From Candidatus Latescibacterota bacterium (GTDB lineage Bacteria > Latescibacterota > UBA2968 > UBA8231): a stretch of DNA of 64,000 nt. Shown in pieces: positions 37,712 to 46,895 of the stretch. A program made the position numbers and the translations under genes. Below the pieces are notes generated by a model, which ran no database searches, was not told the origin of the DNA, and saw only the letters and a list, made by a program, of their open reading frames with translations. The stretch lies in NCBI GenBank assembly GCA_965242865.1, contig CBDETK010000013.1, forward strand, positions 4,384,001 through 4,448,000. The letters are read 5' to 3'. Every line of letters starts with the position of its first letter. Positions within the stretch are counted from its first letter, which is position 1.

Positions 37712-38399
37712 AGCGGATCGCTTCTTCGATCTCGAGCGTCGGGCGACCATAGTCGTCCGCTAATGCACCGATCGCCTCTCCTGCTTTATAGCGTTCGGCA
37801 ATAATAGCTGTAGGAATCCCCGTGCCTGCGAGCGTCGGGCGGCCAAAAGATATGCGAGGGTCAATGGCGATTGCCTTGGGTTCTTCTTTGAGTTGCTGGC
37901 TCAGGCACTTGCGCGTGAAAGGGTATAGCCTCAGAGCATAACCAGCCGAATCCCTATCAATGCGCCGCAGATGCGCCTGCAATAGTTCCCGAAGTACCAG
38001 TTGTCCCGCCTGAGAAACATTTATGAGCTGACCGTACTCCTCAACAAAGAGATCCAAGCCATCGGTTTCGAGCTTGTGGTACGCGAGAGGGCGATCAGAC
38101 TTTAGTTTTTCTTTAATGAAATCGATAGCAATCCTGACCTTGTGCAGCGATATGCGATGGTCGCGGCGAATGGCATCTAGCACGTGGATTTCGACCAAAT
38201 TGATAAAGGATAGAAGGTTCTGGCTATCGTCCGGTAGCTCGATCACAGGTTGGAAGAACTGGTCTCCCTCGCTAGTAGGATACTTGCGGCCTCGCACCCA
38301 AGAGCGAAGCGTAGTCGCGGGAATGCGCAGGTAGTGAGCAGCCTCGGGAACGCTGTAACAGGGCATTGCGCGTATATCATCTGTTGCGATAGATCTCAT
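37686..38399 (-). CDS. HTH + DUF433 antitoxin (VapB45-like)
   Basis: YSVPEAAHYLRIPATTLRSW, LSFINLVE, IDPRISFGRPTLAGTGIPT...IEEAIR. Confidence 0.85.
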   Translation of the reverse strand: MRSIATDDIRAMPCYSVPEAAHYLRIPATTLRSWVRGRKYPTSEGDQFFQPVIELPDDSQNLLSFINLVEIHVLDAIRRDHRISLHKVRIAIDFIKEKLKSDRPLAYHKLETDGLDLFVEEYGQLINVSQAGQLVLRELLQAHLRRIDRDSAGYALRLYPFTRKCLSQQLKEEPKAIAIDPRISFGRPTLAGTGIPTAIIAERYKAGEAIGALADDYGRPTLEIEEAIRCELYTRAA

Positions 38400-38438
38400 G
38401 CCGGGAAGTCCTTTAGTCGTGTAGCCCGCGTAATTTGC

Positions 38439-39017
38439 TCAGGGCCTTTTGCGGATGCCTTGGAGAAAAATTCGCATGATGGTATCGACCATCGCCTCGG
38501 CGCTCAGGCCCTTTGCGTGGATCATCACTGAGCGCACCATGTCGCGGAGGATGGCGGTTTCTACCTGCGGGTGCTCAATGGAGAAGACGCCTTGGTCCGC
38601 CCCGTTTTGCAGGACCCGCTCGATCGCGGCGCGTTGGATGCGCCGTTCCTCGCGCCAGCGCTTGCGGTTTTCGCCCTTGCCGCCCTCGCTCTTGCCGTCC
38701 TCCTGCGACATCAAGCGAAAGAAGAAGCGGTTCTGGCTGAAGAAGGAGACGATGGCGTGGACCATGCGGCGCAGTTCTTCCTCGGGGTCCTGCTGGCGAT
38801 TGGCCTTGCGCTGAAGCTGCTCGTTGAGCCGTCGGATCCCTTCAAAGACCACCGCAAAGTATAGCTCTTCCTTGTCGGCAAAATGCGTGTAAATCGTCCC
38901 CTTGCCGACGCCGGCCTGTTGGGCAATGTCGTCCATGAGCACTTCGTCAAAACGCTTGGCCGAAAAGAGGCGGGCCGCCTCTTCGATGATTTGCTTTCTG
39001 CGGTCGGTTTTAGCCAT
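38439..39017 (-). CDS. TetR/AcrR-family transcriptional regulator
   Basis: IIEEAARLF...MDDIAQQAGVGKGTIYTHFADKEEL. Confidence 0.9.
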   Translation of the reverse strand: MAKTDRRKQIIEEAARLFSAKRFDEVLMDDIAQQAGVGKGTIYTHFADKEELYFAVVFEGIRRLNEQLQRKANRQQDPEEELRRMVHAIVSFFSQNRFFFRLMSQEDGKSEGGKGENRKRWREERRIQRAAIERVLQNGADQGVFSIEHPQVETAILRDMVRSVMIHAKGLSAEAMVDTIMRIFLQGIRKRP

Positions 39018-39027
39018 GGTATAAAAT

Positions 39028-39255
39028 TTATGCTGCATCCACAGCAGCGTACACTTTGCCTTTTTGGGTCAACCAAGCCACATCTTCCCGCTCGGCGTGC
39101 TCTTTAATCGCCCGTAGAAGTTGAATCGTTTCAGATTCATAGCACGGCTCACTCGGGTCATCGGCTGGGACGACCATTTCGACTTCTACCGCGACCACAA
39201 ACTTATCAGTCTGAATCAGTCGCGTCCGCTTGATTCGTCGTCCAGGAATACGCAT
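39028..39255 (-). CDS. Small hypothetical protein, probable partner of the DUF4258 gene (TA-like pair)
   Basis: 75 aa, starts 3 nt after the DUF4258 stop with a GGAG RBS; lower GC. Confidence 0.6.
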   Translation of the reverse strand: MRIPGRRIKRTRLIQTDKFVVAVEVEMVVPADDPSEPCYESETIQLLRAIKEHAEREDVAWLTQKGKVYAAVDAA

Positions 39256-39258
39256 GGC

Positions 39259-39549
39259 CTAATCTCCATTAAAAAAATGTACCGTTACCAGCTTGGCGAC
39301 ACCTGTTTGACGCAGATGAGACCAAACGGCCTTGTACTCCGTACCGTCGGGCAGTGATTCGCGTATTTCGACAGCCGGGTTGGGCATAGCGTTTGGCCGC
39401 TCGGCGATCAATTCGCCGTCCTCCACCCCTGCGACCACTTGCCACTCCATGATACCACGTTCTTCCAACCGCTCGGAAGCGTGCTGACCGACGATGTAAT
39501 GTTCTTCGGCGATCAGTTGTCGAAGAACGTCAAAGAGTTGTCCCATCAA
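39259..39549 (-). CDS. DUF4258-family (RelE/BrnT-like) protein
   Basis: HASERLEERGI...GELI...LVTVHF pattern. Confidence 0.7.
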   Translation of the reverse strand: MMGQLFDVLRQLIAEEHYIVGQHASERLEERGIMEWQVVAGVEDGELIAERPNAMPNPAVEIRESLPDGTEYKAVWSHLRQTGVAKLVTVHFFNGD

Positions 39550-39584
39550 TTCCTAGGTTTCCCGTCGCAAGCGACCTTAGGGGC

Positions 39585-40214
39585 TTATTCTTCGAGAAAC
39601 ACATACCGTTCCAGTCGTGCGAGTTCGTGGTCTTCGACGTATTTTCCGATTTCTCGCCGCCAGTGTGCCATGCTTTGGTAGGGGCGGTACTCGTCAAACT
39701 CGTGCGCCATGAGCTTGCCAACCCCCGGAATCGTCAGGAAATCGGCCTCGCTGGCGCGGTTGAGTTCGAGCGGCACGAAAACGTACTGCTCCAGTCGTGC
39801 GAGTTCGTGGTCTTCGACGTATTTTCCGATTTCTCGCCGCCACTGCGCCAAGTTTTGGTAGGGGCGGTACTCGTCAAACTCGTGCGCCATCCGCTTACCA
39901 ACCCCCGGCACCAGTTTCATCTCGGCGTCGCTGGCACTATTGAGGTTGATCGGCAGGAAGAGCTCGACGTACAGTTCGGCTTGGACCGAGTCCGCTAGGG
40001 TCGAATCCAAATAGGCGTCGAACGCTTCCATGCCGATAAAGGGCCGCCGCGCCATAATGCCCTCGACCAACGCCGAATCGAGCGGCGCTAAGGCCAATAG
40101 TTGCTCGACGCCGGCTCGGTTGGGATTGAGGACCGTTTCGTTTTTGCCGACCTGCCCTTGGGCGTTCCCGCAGAGGCCGATGGCTAACATCCCGGCTAAA
40201 ACGACTCGCTGCAT
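39585..40214 (-). CDS. Exported helix-hairpin-helix (ComEA-like) protein with internal 60-aa repeats
   Basis: Signal peptide; NLNSASDAEMKLVPGVG and ELNRASEADFLTIPGVG. Confidence 0.75.
   Translation of the reverse strand: MQRVVLAGMLAIGLCGNAQGQVGKNETVLNPNRAGVEQLLALAPLDSALVEGIMARRPFIGMEAFDAYLDSTLADSVQAELYVELFLPINLNSASDAEMKLVPGVGKRMAHEFDEYRPYQNLAQWRREIGKYVEDHELARLEQYVFVPLELNRASEADFLTIPGVGKLMAHEFDEYRPYQSMAHWRREIGKYVEDHELARLERYVFLEE
39604..39909. repeat. 180-bp-period internal repeat in the HhH gene
   Basis: 39611-39660 is identical to 39791-39840. Confidence 0.85.
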
Positions 40215-40217
40215 TGC

Positions 40218-40676
40218 TTAATTCTCCTTGGTTTGCTCCCGGCTCAGGGCCGGGTGGTGGTGTGTGTAAAGGAACCCAATGAGTCCGAGCTGAACCAGCG
40301 CCCCAGGGGCCAACGCCGGCATGGCGCCGCCCAATGCCTTAGACAGCAGGTCCAACCCGCTCAGGGTCGGGTACATCTCCAGTTCAAATTCCATGTTGGC
40401 ACTCAGGTGCAACCACAGACCGGCTAGGCCGCCCAAGACGAAAGTTAGCATGGTCCAGCGGAACAAGCGCAAAATAATCGCGCCTCGGTAGAGCATCCGC
40501 GCCGCCAACAAAATCAACCCGAATGCGAGCAACACTAAGGGCACCTGTTGACGCCATTCTTCAAAATGCCCGAGCAGCAGCAACTCGGCCCCTAGCCCCA
40601 CAGTTCCCAAGACAAAGATCAGCAGGAGACCTCGTCGTAAAGGAAGGCCGCCCCCGGCTTTTTTGCTAGCGGACAT
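40218..40676 (-). CDS. Hypothetical integral membrane protein (about 4 TM)
   Basis: Hydrophobic segments; ELLLLGH, HLSANMEFELE, PALAPG. Confidence 0.65.
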   Translation of the reverse strand: MSASKKAGGGLPLRRGLLLIFVLGTVGLGAELLLLGHFEEWRQQVPLVLLAFGLILLAARMLYRGAIILRLFRWTMLTFVLGGLAGLWLHLSANMEFELEMYPTLSGLDLLSKALGGAMPALAPGALVQLGLIGFLYTHHHPALSREQTKEN

Positions 40677-40728
40677 TTTCTGGCTCGATACACTCGATAC
40701 AATAGATGTCGATATCGTCGATTTTCAT
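40666..40728 (-). pseudogene. Truncated gene start MKIDDIDIYCIE..., resembling an enolase/mandelate-racemase family N-terminus
   Basis: GAGGAG RBS + ATG at 40728; 9-bp tandem repeat ctcgataca (40684-40701) at the break; stop after 20 aa. Confidence 0.4.
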
Positions 40729-40781
40729 CTTGAGCTCCTCATTCGTAGGCTAGGTTTCGCGCCGGCATCGTCCGCAATCCC

Positions 40782-41294
40782 TCACACCATCTCCTCGACC
40801 AAGGCTCGGCTCGCTGGGTCTAGCCGCCGGTAGTCGGGAATTTCGTAGCGGTTGCCGTCGGCGTCTTGCACCAAGACCCGACCAGCACCCAGATGGCGCA
40901 CATCGCGGCGGCTGGAATAGATTTCAAAGGTGCGCGGGCCGTGGTCGGTCTCCACCTCCCAGCGCGGCACTCGGTAGGCCGTCGTCACCTTGGCGATGCG
41001 CTGGATGCGCGGCGTGAAATAGGCCCGCTCCAATTCGTCGGCCACGGCCCGGCGGCTGGCCCGATCGAGCGCGTCGAGCCGGGCCAGCGAGCCAATCTCC
41101 TCGCCGGCGCAGTCTTGCACCACGATAAAGCAGTCCTCGCAGGTCAGGGGAAAGGCCCGTTTGACTCGCACCTTAGAATAGGTCCGCTCCCCGATCAGCT
41201 CCAAGTTCAAGTCCTCGAAAGCATCGACGAAAAATCGCGCTTGGGCCGGGTCGAGGTACGCGACTTCAGCGGCTAAATTGGGGCGCGGCGGCAT
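40782..41294 (-). CDS. DUF1854 domain protein
   Basis: RAFPLT, EEIG, ELERAYFTPRI, WEVETDHG, DADGNRYEIPD...LDPAS. Confidence 0.8.
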   Translation of the reverse strand: MPPRPNLAAEVAYLDPAQARFFVDAFEDLNLELIGERTYSKVRVKRAFPLTCEDCFIVVQDCAGEEIGSLARLDALDRASRRAVADELERAYFTPRIQRIAKVTTAYRVPRWEVETDHGPRTFEIYSSRRDVRHLGAGRVLVQDADGNRYEIPDYRRLDPASRALVEEMV

Positions 41295-41298
41295 GGCT

Positions 41299-43617
41299 TC
41301 ACCAAGCTCTCAGTTTGGACATTTCGGTCTGCATGCGGCACAAATGCGCGTAGATGCCGTCGCGCGCAATCAGCTCGTCGTGGGTGCCGATCTCGGCGAG
41401 TTGGCCCTGGTCGAGGATGAGCAGGCGATGGGCGTTTTTGAGGGTTGATAAGCGATGGGCAATGGCAAAGGTGGTCCGCCCTTGGACGAGCCGCGCCAAT
41501 GCCTCCTGAATCTGCGCTTCGGTCTGGGTATCGACGTTAGAGGTCGCTTCGTCGAGGATGAGGATGCGCGGGTCGCGCAAAATGGCCCGGGCAATCGACA
41601 GCCGCTGCCGCTCGCCGCCCGATACGCGGACGCCGCGCTCGCCGACCAGGGTGTCGTACCCGTCGGGCATGTCCATGACGAAGTCGTGTGCATTGGCGGC
41701 CTTGGCCGCGGCCACGATCTGCTCTAGCGCGGCAGCGGGCTGGCCGTAGGCAATGTTGTCGGCCACTGTGCCGTTGAAGAGGAATGGATCCTGCAAGACC
41801 ACGCCGATCTGCTCGCGCAGCGATTTGAGATTGATTTGGCGCGTGTCGTGGCCATCGATGAGAATGACGCCCGCTTGGGGCTCGTAGAAGCGGCAGATGA
41901 GGTTGATCAGGGTGCTCTTGCCCGCGCCGCTGTGGCCGGCCAAGCCGATCATTTCGCCCGGCTCGACCGCGAAGCTCACATCCTCGAGGACGGGCTTGCC
42001 TTCTTCATAGCCGAATTGGACGCCGCGAAACTCAACCCGGCCCTCGATGGGCGGCATGATTACTGCGCTGGGTTGGTCGAGCCCCTCCGGGTGCGTATCG
42101 AGCACGTCAAAGACGCGCTCGGCCGAGGTGGCAGCGCGTTGGAAGCGATGGTTGAGGCGGCACAAGCTCTCTACCGGCCCGTAGAAGCGATACATGTAAC
42201 TGGTAAAGGCGACAAAGTCGCCCAAGGTCAGCTCCCCGGCCAAAATGTCGCGCCCGCCGACCCACCATATAATGATGGTGCCAATGGAGGTTACAAAGGC
42301 CATGACCGGGCCGAACAGGCTGCGCATCCACGCCACCCGCAACTCGCCCCGCAGCAGGTCTAGGCTGCGGCCCTTGAATTTGCCCACTTCCCGCTGTTCT
42401 TGGGCAAATGCCTTAACCACTCGCACCCCCGGAATCGTATCGGCCAGCAGGGCGCTAAGGCCGGCCCAACGCCGCCACAGGGGTCGGTACATGGCATGCA
42501 AGCGCCGGCCAAAGCGCAACGTGGCCCACACCAACAGCGGCGTTGGCAGCAACACGAGGGCCGCCAGCCCGGGATTGAGCGCGAAGAGGATGAGGCAGAT
42601 AATGATCAAGGTGAGCACGTCGCGGATGGCCTCTTGCAGGCCATCGCTGATAAAATCCTGCAAGCGGCCCACGTCTTGGGTGACGCTGGCCATGATGCGC
42701 CCGGTCTCGTTTTTGGCGTAATAACTAAGCGACAGCGCGTGCAGGTGGGCGTACACCTCGTTGCGCAGGCCGTAGGTGACGCGCTGGCCAATGCGGGCCA
42801 TGATGTAGCCGCGCAGGCCGGACAAGCCGCTGACGGCGAGGCTCATCCATATCAACAAGCCCACCAGCCAGCCCAGCACCCCGGCCTTATCGTCCTTGGC
42901 CACCGGCAAGAGCGCGAGCAGATCAAAGCTCCGCCCAGCGCCCATAGACGAAAGCGCGCCGGCATTTAAGACGTCGTCGATGAGCACCCGCATCAGCAGG
43001 GGCTGGCCCAAGCCGAGGGTCGTGGCTACCACCATGAGCGACAAGCTCAGCGCGATGAGCGGCCAATGCGGCTTGGCATAGCCCAACAGCCGGACCAGCA
43101 GCTTGCCCTTTTCCAAACAGGCCGGGCACACGCCGGAGTGGCGCGGAATGACTTGGCCGCAGCGGTTGCAACGCGCGCGCCCGGCCCGCGCCCCGGCCAA
43201 GCGTCCGCGGAGCACTGGCCCCTCGGGTTGGGTCGAGCCAGCTCGCTCGACCAAGCGCTCAACCTGATTGGGCAGTTCGGCCAGCGCGGGCACCAAGCTC
43301 TTGGAAAAGACGGCTATGGTCGCGCCCTGCTCCTTGGTGCGGACCTTGAGCGCGGCGGTCCCCCAATCCTCGCGCACCTCCACCCCGTTTATCTCGGCCA
43401 ACGGGAAGCAGACCACATCGGGCGGGCCGCCGCGGTCCGGGCTGAAGGCCACCAGCAGCTCGTCGGTGGCCATTAGCCACGCCTCGCCGTACTGGCCGTC
43501 GAGCTTGATGTCCGTGGCGACCGCTAGGCGGAGCTCTTCGTCCGGGCCTACGATCTCGGCCAGTGCGCACCGAACCGGCGCGGGCACTGCGGCGTGCAAG
43601 GCGTCAGGCTCATTCAT
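41299..43617 (-). CDS. ABC exporter (fused TMD-NBD) with N-terminal extension and CxxC-CxxC ribbon
   Basis: GHSGAGKST, VSGGERQR, ILDEATS, IAHRLST; CNRC...CPAC before the TMD. Confidence 0.9.
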   Translation of the reverse strand: MNEPDALHAAVPAPVRCALAEIVGPDEELRLAVATDIKLDGQYGEAWLMATDELLVAFSPDRGGPPDVVCFPLAEINGVEVREDWGTAALKVRTKEQGATIAVFSKSLVPALAELPNQVERLVERAGSTQPEGPVLRGRLAGARAGRARCNRCGQVIPRHSGVCPACLEKGKLLVRLLGYAKPHWPLIALSLSLMVVATTLGLGQPLLMRVLIDDVLNAGALSSMGAGRSFDLLALLPVAKDDKAGVLGWLVGLLIWMSLAVSGLSGLRGYIMARIGQRVTYGLRNEVYAHLHALSLSYYAKNETGRIMASVTQDVGRLQDFISDGLQEAIRDVLTLIIICLILFALNPGLAALVLLPTPLLVWATLRFGRRLHAMYRPLWRRWAGLSALLADTIPGVRVVKAFAQEQREVGKFKGRSLDLLRGELRVAWMRSLFGPVMAFVTSIGTIIIWWVGGRDILAGELTLGDFVAFTSYMYRFYGPVESLCRLNHRFQRAATSAERVFDVLDTHPEGLDQPSAVIMPPIEGRVEFRGVQFGYEEGKPVLEDVSFAVEPGEMIGLAGHSGAGKSTLINLICRFYEPQAGVILIDGHDTRQINLKSLREQIGVVLQDPFLFNGTVADNIAYGQPAAALEQIVAAAKAANAHDFVMDMPDGYDTLVGERGVRVSGGERQRLSIARAILRDPRILILDEATSNVDTQTEAQIQEALARLVQGRTTFAIAHRLSTLKNAHRLLILDQGQLAEIGTHDELIARDGIYAHLCRMQTEMSKLRAW

Positions 43618-43618
43618 A

Positions 43619-46600
43619 CTATGCCATGCTGCGCGCCGTGCGCAGCACGCGCTTGCACCACAGCGCTAGGTCGTCCAACAGCGAATAGAGCGTCGGGGCC
43701 AGCATCAGGGTCAGCACCGTGGAGGTGGCCAAGCCGCTGGCAACGACCAAGCCCACCGGCCCCCAGCGACGGGCAAAGCCCTCGGACGTGCCATACACCA
43801 TCGGCAGCACGATCGGCAGCAGGTTGAGGATGGTGGTAAAGGCGGTCATCAGAATGGGCCGGAGCCGGTGCTGGCCACCGAGGCAAATCGCCGCGCGCCG
43901 CGACAACCCGCTCGCCCGCAGGTGATTGATGTGGGCGATTAGCACGATGCCGTTGTTGACGACGATGCCGAAGAGGATCAACAGCCCCAAGACGCCGTTG
44001 TTGTCAAAGGGCACGTCAAGGGCATACAGCCCCAAGGCCACGCCGATCACCGAGAAGGGGATGGCGAAGAGGATGGTTAGGGGATGGATCAGGGACTCAA
44101 AGAGCGAGGCCATGATTAGGTAAATCAGCAGCACGGCAAAAATGGCGGTGAAGTGGTTGTCGCGGGCCTCCTCCTGCTCCCAGCGCGCGGCCCGGCCCAA
44201 ATCCCAGCTATAGCCGGGGGGCAGCTGCATCCCGTCCATCATCTGGCGGATCGGCTCCATCAGCGCACGGGCGGTGCCGCGGTCTTCGGTGTTGGCAAAC
44301 ACGGTGACGTTGAGCACCCGATTCTCGCGCTTGAGATCGCGGGGGCCGTAGCCCAGCTCAAAATTGGCCAGCGACGCGAGCTGGACCGAGCGGCCGTCGC
44401 GGGTGTCGTAGCGGCTGTTTTTGAGCTGCTCGAGGGTGGCGCGGTCGCCCTCGTTGAGCTGCATGACGATGTCGATCTCGCGGTCGTCGCTTTTGAAGCC
44501 ACTGGTGCGGCGAGTGCCCAAGGCCGCGGCGATGCCTTGGGCCACCTCGCGCGGCGACAGCCCATACCCGAGCGCCTGAGCGCGGTTGATCTCCACGCGG
44601 ACTTCCTCCTCGCCATCTTCGAGGCTGCTATCGACGTCTTGCACCCCAGGGAACTGTTCGAGACCGGCCTTGACGTCCTCCATCAGCACCGCTAGGACTT
44701 CTGGATTGCGGCCGTGCAGCTGGACTTCGACGCCGAGTTGGTTGCCGGTCCAACTGCGCGAGCGGCCCATTTTGTACGCGTACCCCACCTTTGCCGGCAG
44801 CAACTGCTTGATGGCGTTGCCCGCTTCCAGGGTCGACAACCGGCCGGCATCCGCATCGACGAGATAGGCGCGGATGCTGCCGCGGCGCAGGCCAAAGCTC
44901 GTCGAGAGCGCTTCCATGTCGAGCGAGTCCTTTTGCGCGAGGAGGGTGTCTTCGATTTGGTCGAAATGGGCGCGAATTTCTGCGAGGCTGTAGCTGCGAT
45001 CGATGACCACCGTCATATCGACCCGCCGCTCTGGGGTCCAAGGGGTGCCGCGCTGCTCGATCTGGTTGTAGAGAAAGTAGCCGGTGCCGGTCAAGGCCAC
45101 CGTGGCCAGCAGCGCGACCCAGCGGTGGTCGAGCGTCCAGTTGAGCAAGCGGCTGTACGAGGAGCGCAGGCCGTGGCGGGAGCAGTACCAGCCGAGCGCG
45201 GCCCCGGCCAGCGTAGCGAGCGCGCAGCCGACCAGGGTCTGCCACGCCATCCCGCCGACCGAAGCGGCAATCAGCCCAGACCAGCGGTCCCACCAAGCCT
45301 GCAACCCGAGCCAGCCAACCGCCCGGACCTGCCAGTAGGCCATGCCCAGCACCACCGCGACCACCAGCAGCTTGAGCCAGCGGTCAAAGCGTTCCACCCC
45401 GGCGCGGAACAACCGGGACGAGGCCAGCGGGATCAGGGACAACGAGACGATCATCGACACCACCACCGCGAGGCATATCGCGATCCCGGCGTCCTTCATC
45501 CACGCGGCCGAGCGCCCCTCGGACAGGAAGAAGAAGGGCACGAAGACGCAGATCGTCGTCAGGGCCGAGGCCAAGACCGCCATGCCGACTTCGCGGCTGC
45601 CCACCTGGGCGGCTTCAGCGGCGGCCAGCCCGTCTTCTTGGCGGCGGCGGAAAATGCTCTCCAGCACCACCACGGCCGGATCGACCAACATCCCCACCGC
45701 CAGCATCAGGCCCATCATGGAAACCATGTTGAGGGTGATGGTTGACTCAAAGACTTCGCGGGCGACGTACATGCCGATAAAGACGCACAGCGCCGAGGTG
45801 GGGATGGCGAGGGCGATGACGATGGTCGAGCGGATGTTGCGCAAAAAGACGAAGATGATAACCATGGCCAAAAACGCGCCCAGCAGGGCCGAATTGACGA
45901 GCGTATTGGCTTCTTGGAGCACGTCCTCTGCGCGGTTGCGGACGATGGCCACATCGAGCTGGCCGGCGTATTCGCCCTCAATCGCCGCCAGCTCGCCGAC
46001 GATGACCTCGCCGACGTCCACGACATTGGCGGTCGAGGCTTTGAAAATTTCTAGCTGGAGCGCATCGACGCCGTTGAGCCGCTCGTAGCGGCGCTTTTCC
46101 GGGAAGCCGTAGTTGATCTCGCCGATGTCGCCGAGGCGAAACTGGCCGCCCAAAAGCGGCATACTGGCGATGTCCTCGACGCGGGTGAATTCGCCGAGGG
46201 CGCGGGCCAGGTAGCGCTGGCCGCCGTCTAGGACCCGGCCCAGCGAGAGGTTGGTGTTGTTCTCGTTGAGCTGCCAGCCGAGCGAGGGCAGCGATATGTT
46301 GTGGGTCTGCAAGCGCTCTTGGTCGAGCTCGACGATCAGTTGTTTTTCCTCGAGGTCGTCGATGACCACGTTGGCGACCCCGTTGAGCCGCAACAGCCGC
46401 GGCTCAATGACTTTTTGGATTACGTCGAGCAAGCGGTCGCCGTCGCCGAGCCACGCTAGATTGGCGTACACAATGGGACGCTGATCGGACTGCCAGCGGC
46501 GCAAGCTGACGCGGTCGACGTCCGCCGGCAGGAGGGCGCGGGCTTGGTCGAGCTTTTCGCGCATTTCCATGTTGGCTAAGTCCATGTCGGTGCCGGCCTT

Positions 46601-46885
46601 AAAGTCAACGCGCACCTCGCCGCGATTGTGCCCCGAGCTCGAACTAATGCGGTCGATGTTGTTGAGCGTCCCCAGCGTCTGCTCCAGCGGCAGGGTCACC
46701 AAGCGCTCGACTTCTTCGGGCGAGGAATTGTTGTACTGGACTCGGGCCGTGATCCCGGAAGAGGAAATGCTCGGCAACTGCTCCATGGGCAGGCGCTCTA
46801 AGGCGACCACGCCCACCACCACGGCGCAGAGGGCGAGCATCAGGGTGGTCACCGGCCGGTTGAGCGAAAACTCCGATAGGGTCAT
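43619..46885 (-). CDS. RND permease (AcrB/AcrD/AcrF family), second subunit
   Basis: NRPVTT, GMLVD, SLFESLIHP, GIVVNNGIV, RLRPILMT. Confidence 0.92.
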   Translation of the reverse strand: MTLSEFSLNRPVTTLMLALCAVVVGVVALERLPMEQLPSISSSGITARVQYNNSSPEEVERLVTLPLEQTLGTLNNIDRISSSSGHNRGEVRVDFKAGTDMDLANMEMREKLDQARALLPADVDRVSLRRWQSDQRPIVYANLAWLGDGDRLLDVIQKVIEPRLLRLNGVANVVIDDLEEKQLIVELDQERLQTHNISLPSLGWQLNENNTNLSLGRVLDGGQRYLARALGEFTRVEDIASMPLLGGQFRLGDIGEINYGFPEKRRYERLNGVDALQLEIFKASTANVVDVGEVIVGELAAIEGEYAGQLDVAIVRNRAEDVLQEANTLVNSALLGAFLAMVIIFVFLRNIRSTIVIALAIPTSALCVFIGMYVAREVFESTITLNMVSMMGLMLAVGMLVDPAVVVLESIFRRRQEDGLAAAEAAQVGSREVGMAVLASALTTICVFVPFFFLSEGRSAAWMKDAGIAICLAVVVSMIVSLSLIPLASSRLFRAGVERFDRWLKLLVVAVVLGMAYWQVRAVGWLGLQAWWDRWSGLIAASVGGMAWQTLVGCALATLAGAALGWYCSRHGLRSSYSRLLNWTLDHRWVALLATVALTGTGYFLYNQIEQRGTPWTPERRVDMTVVIDRSYSLAEIRAHFDQIEDTLLAQKDSLDMEALSTSFGLRRGSIRAYLVDADAGRLSTLEAGNAIKQLLPAKVGYAYKMGRSRSWTGNQLGVEVQLHGRNPEVLAVLMEDVKAGLEQFPGVQDVDSSLEDGEEEVRVEINRAQALGYGLSPREVAQGIAAALGTRRTSGFKSDDREIDIVMQLNEGDRATLEQLKNSRYDTRDGRSVQLASLANFELGYGPRDLKRENRVLNVTVFANTEDRGTARALMEPIRQMMDGMQLPPGYSWDLGRAARWEQEEARDNHFTAIFAVLLIYLIMASLFESLIHPLTILFAIPFSVIGVALGLYALDVPFDNNGVLGLLILFGIVVNNGIVLIAHINHLRASGLSRRAAICLGGQHRLRPILMTAFTTILNLLPIVLPMVYGTSEGFARRWGPVGLVVASGLATSTVLTLMLAPTLYSLLDDLALWCKRVLRTARSMA

Positions 46886-46895
46886 ACCCCACCTC

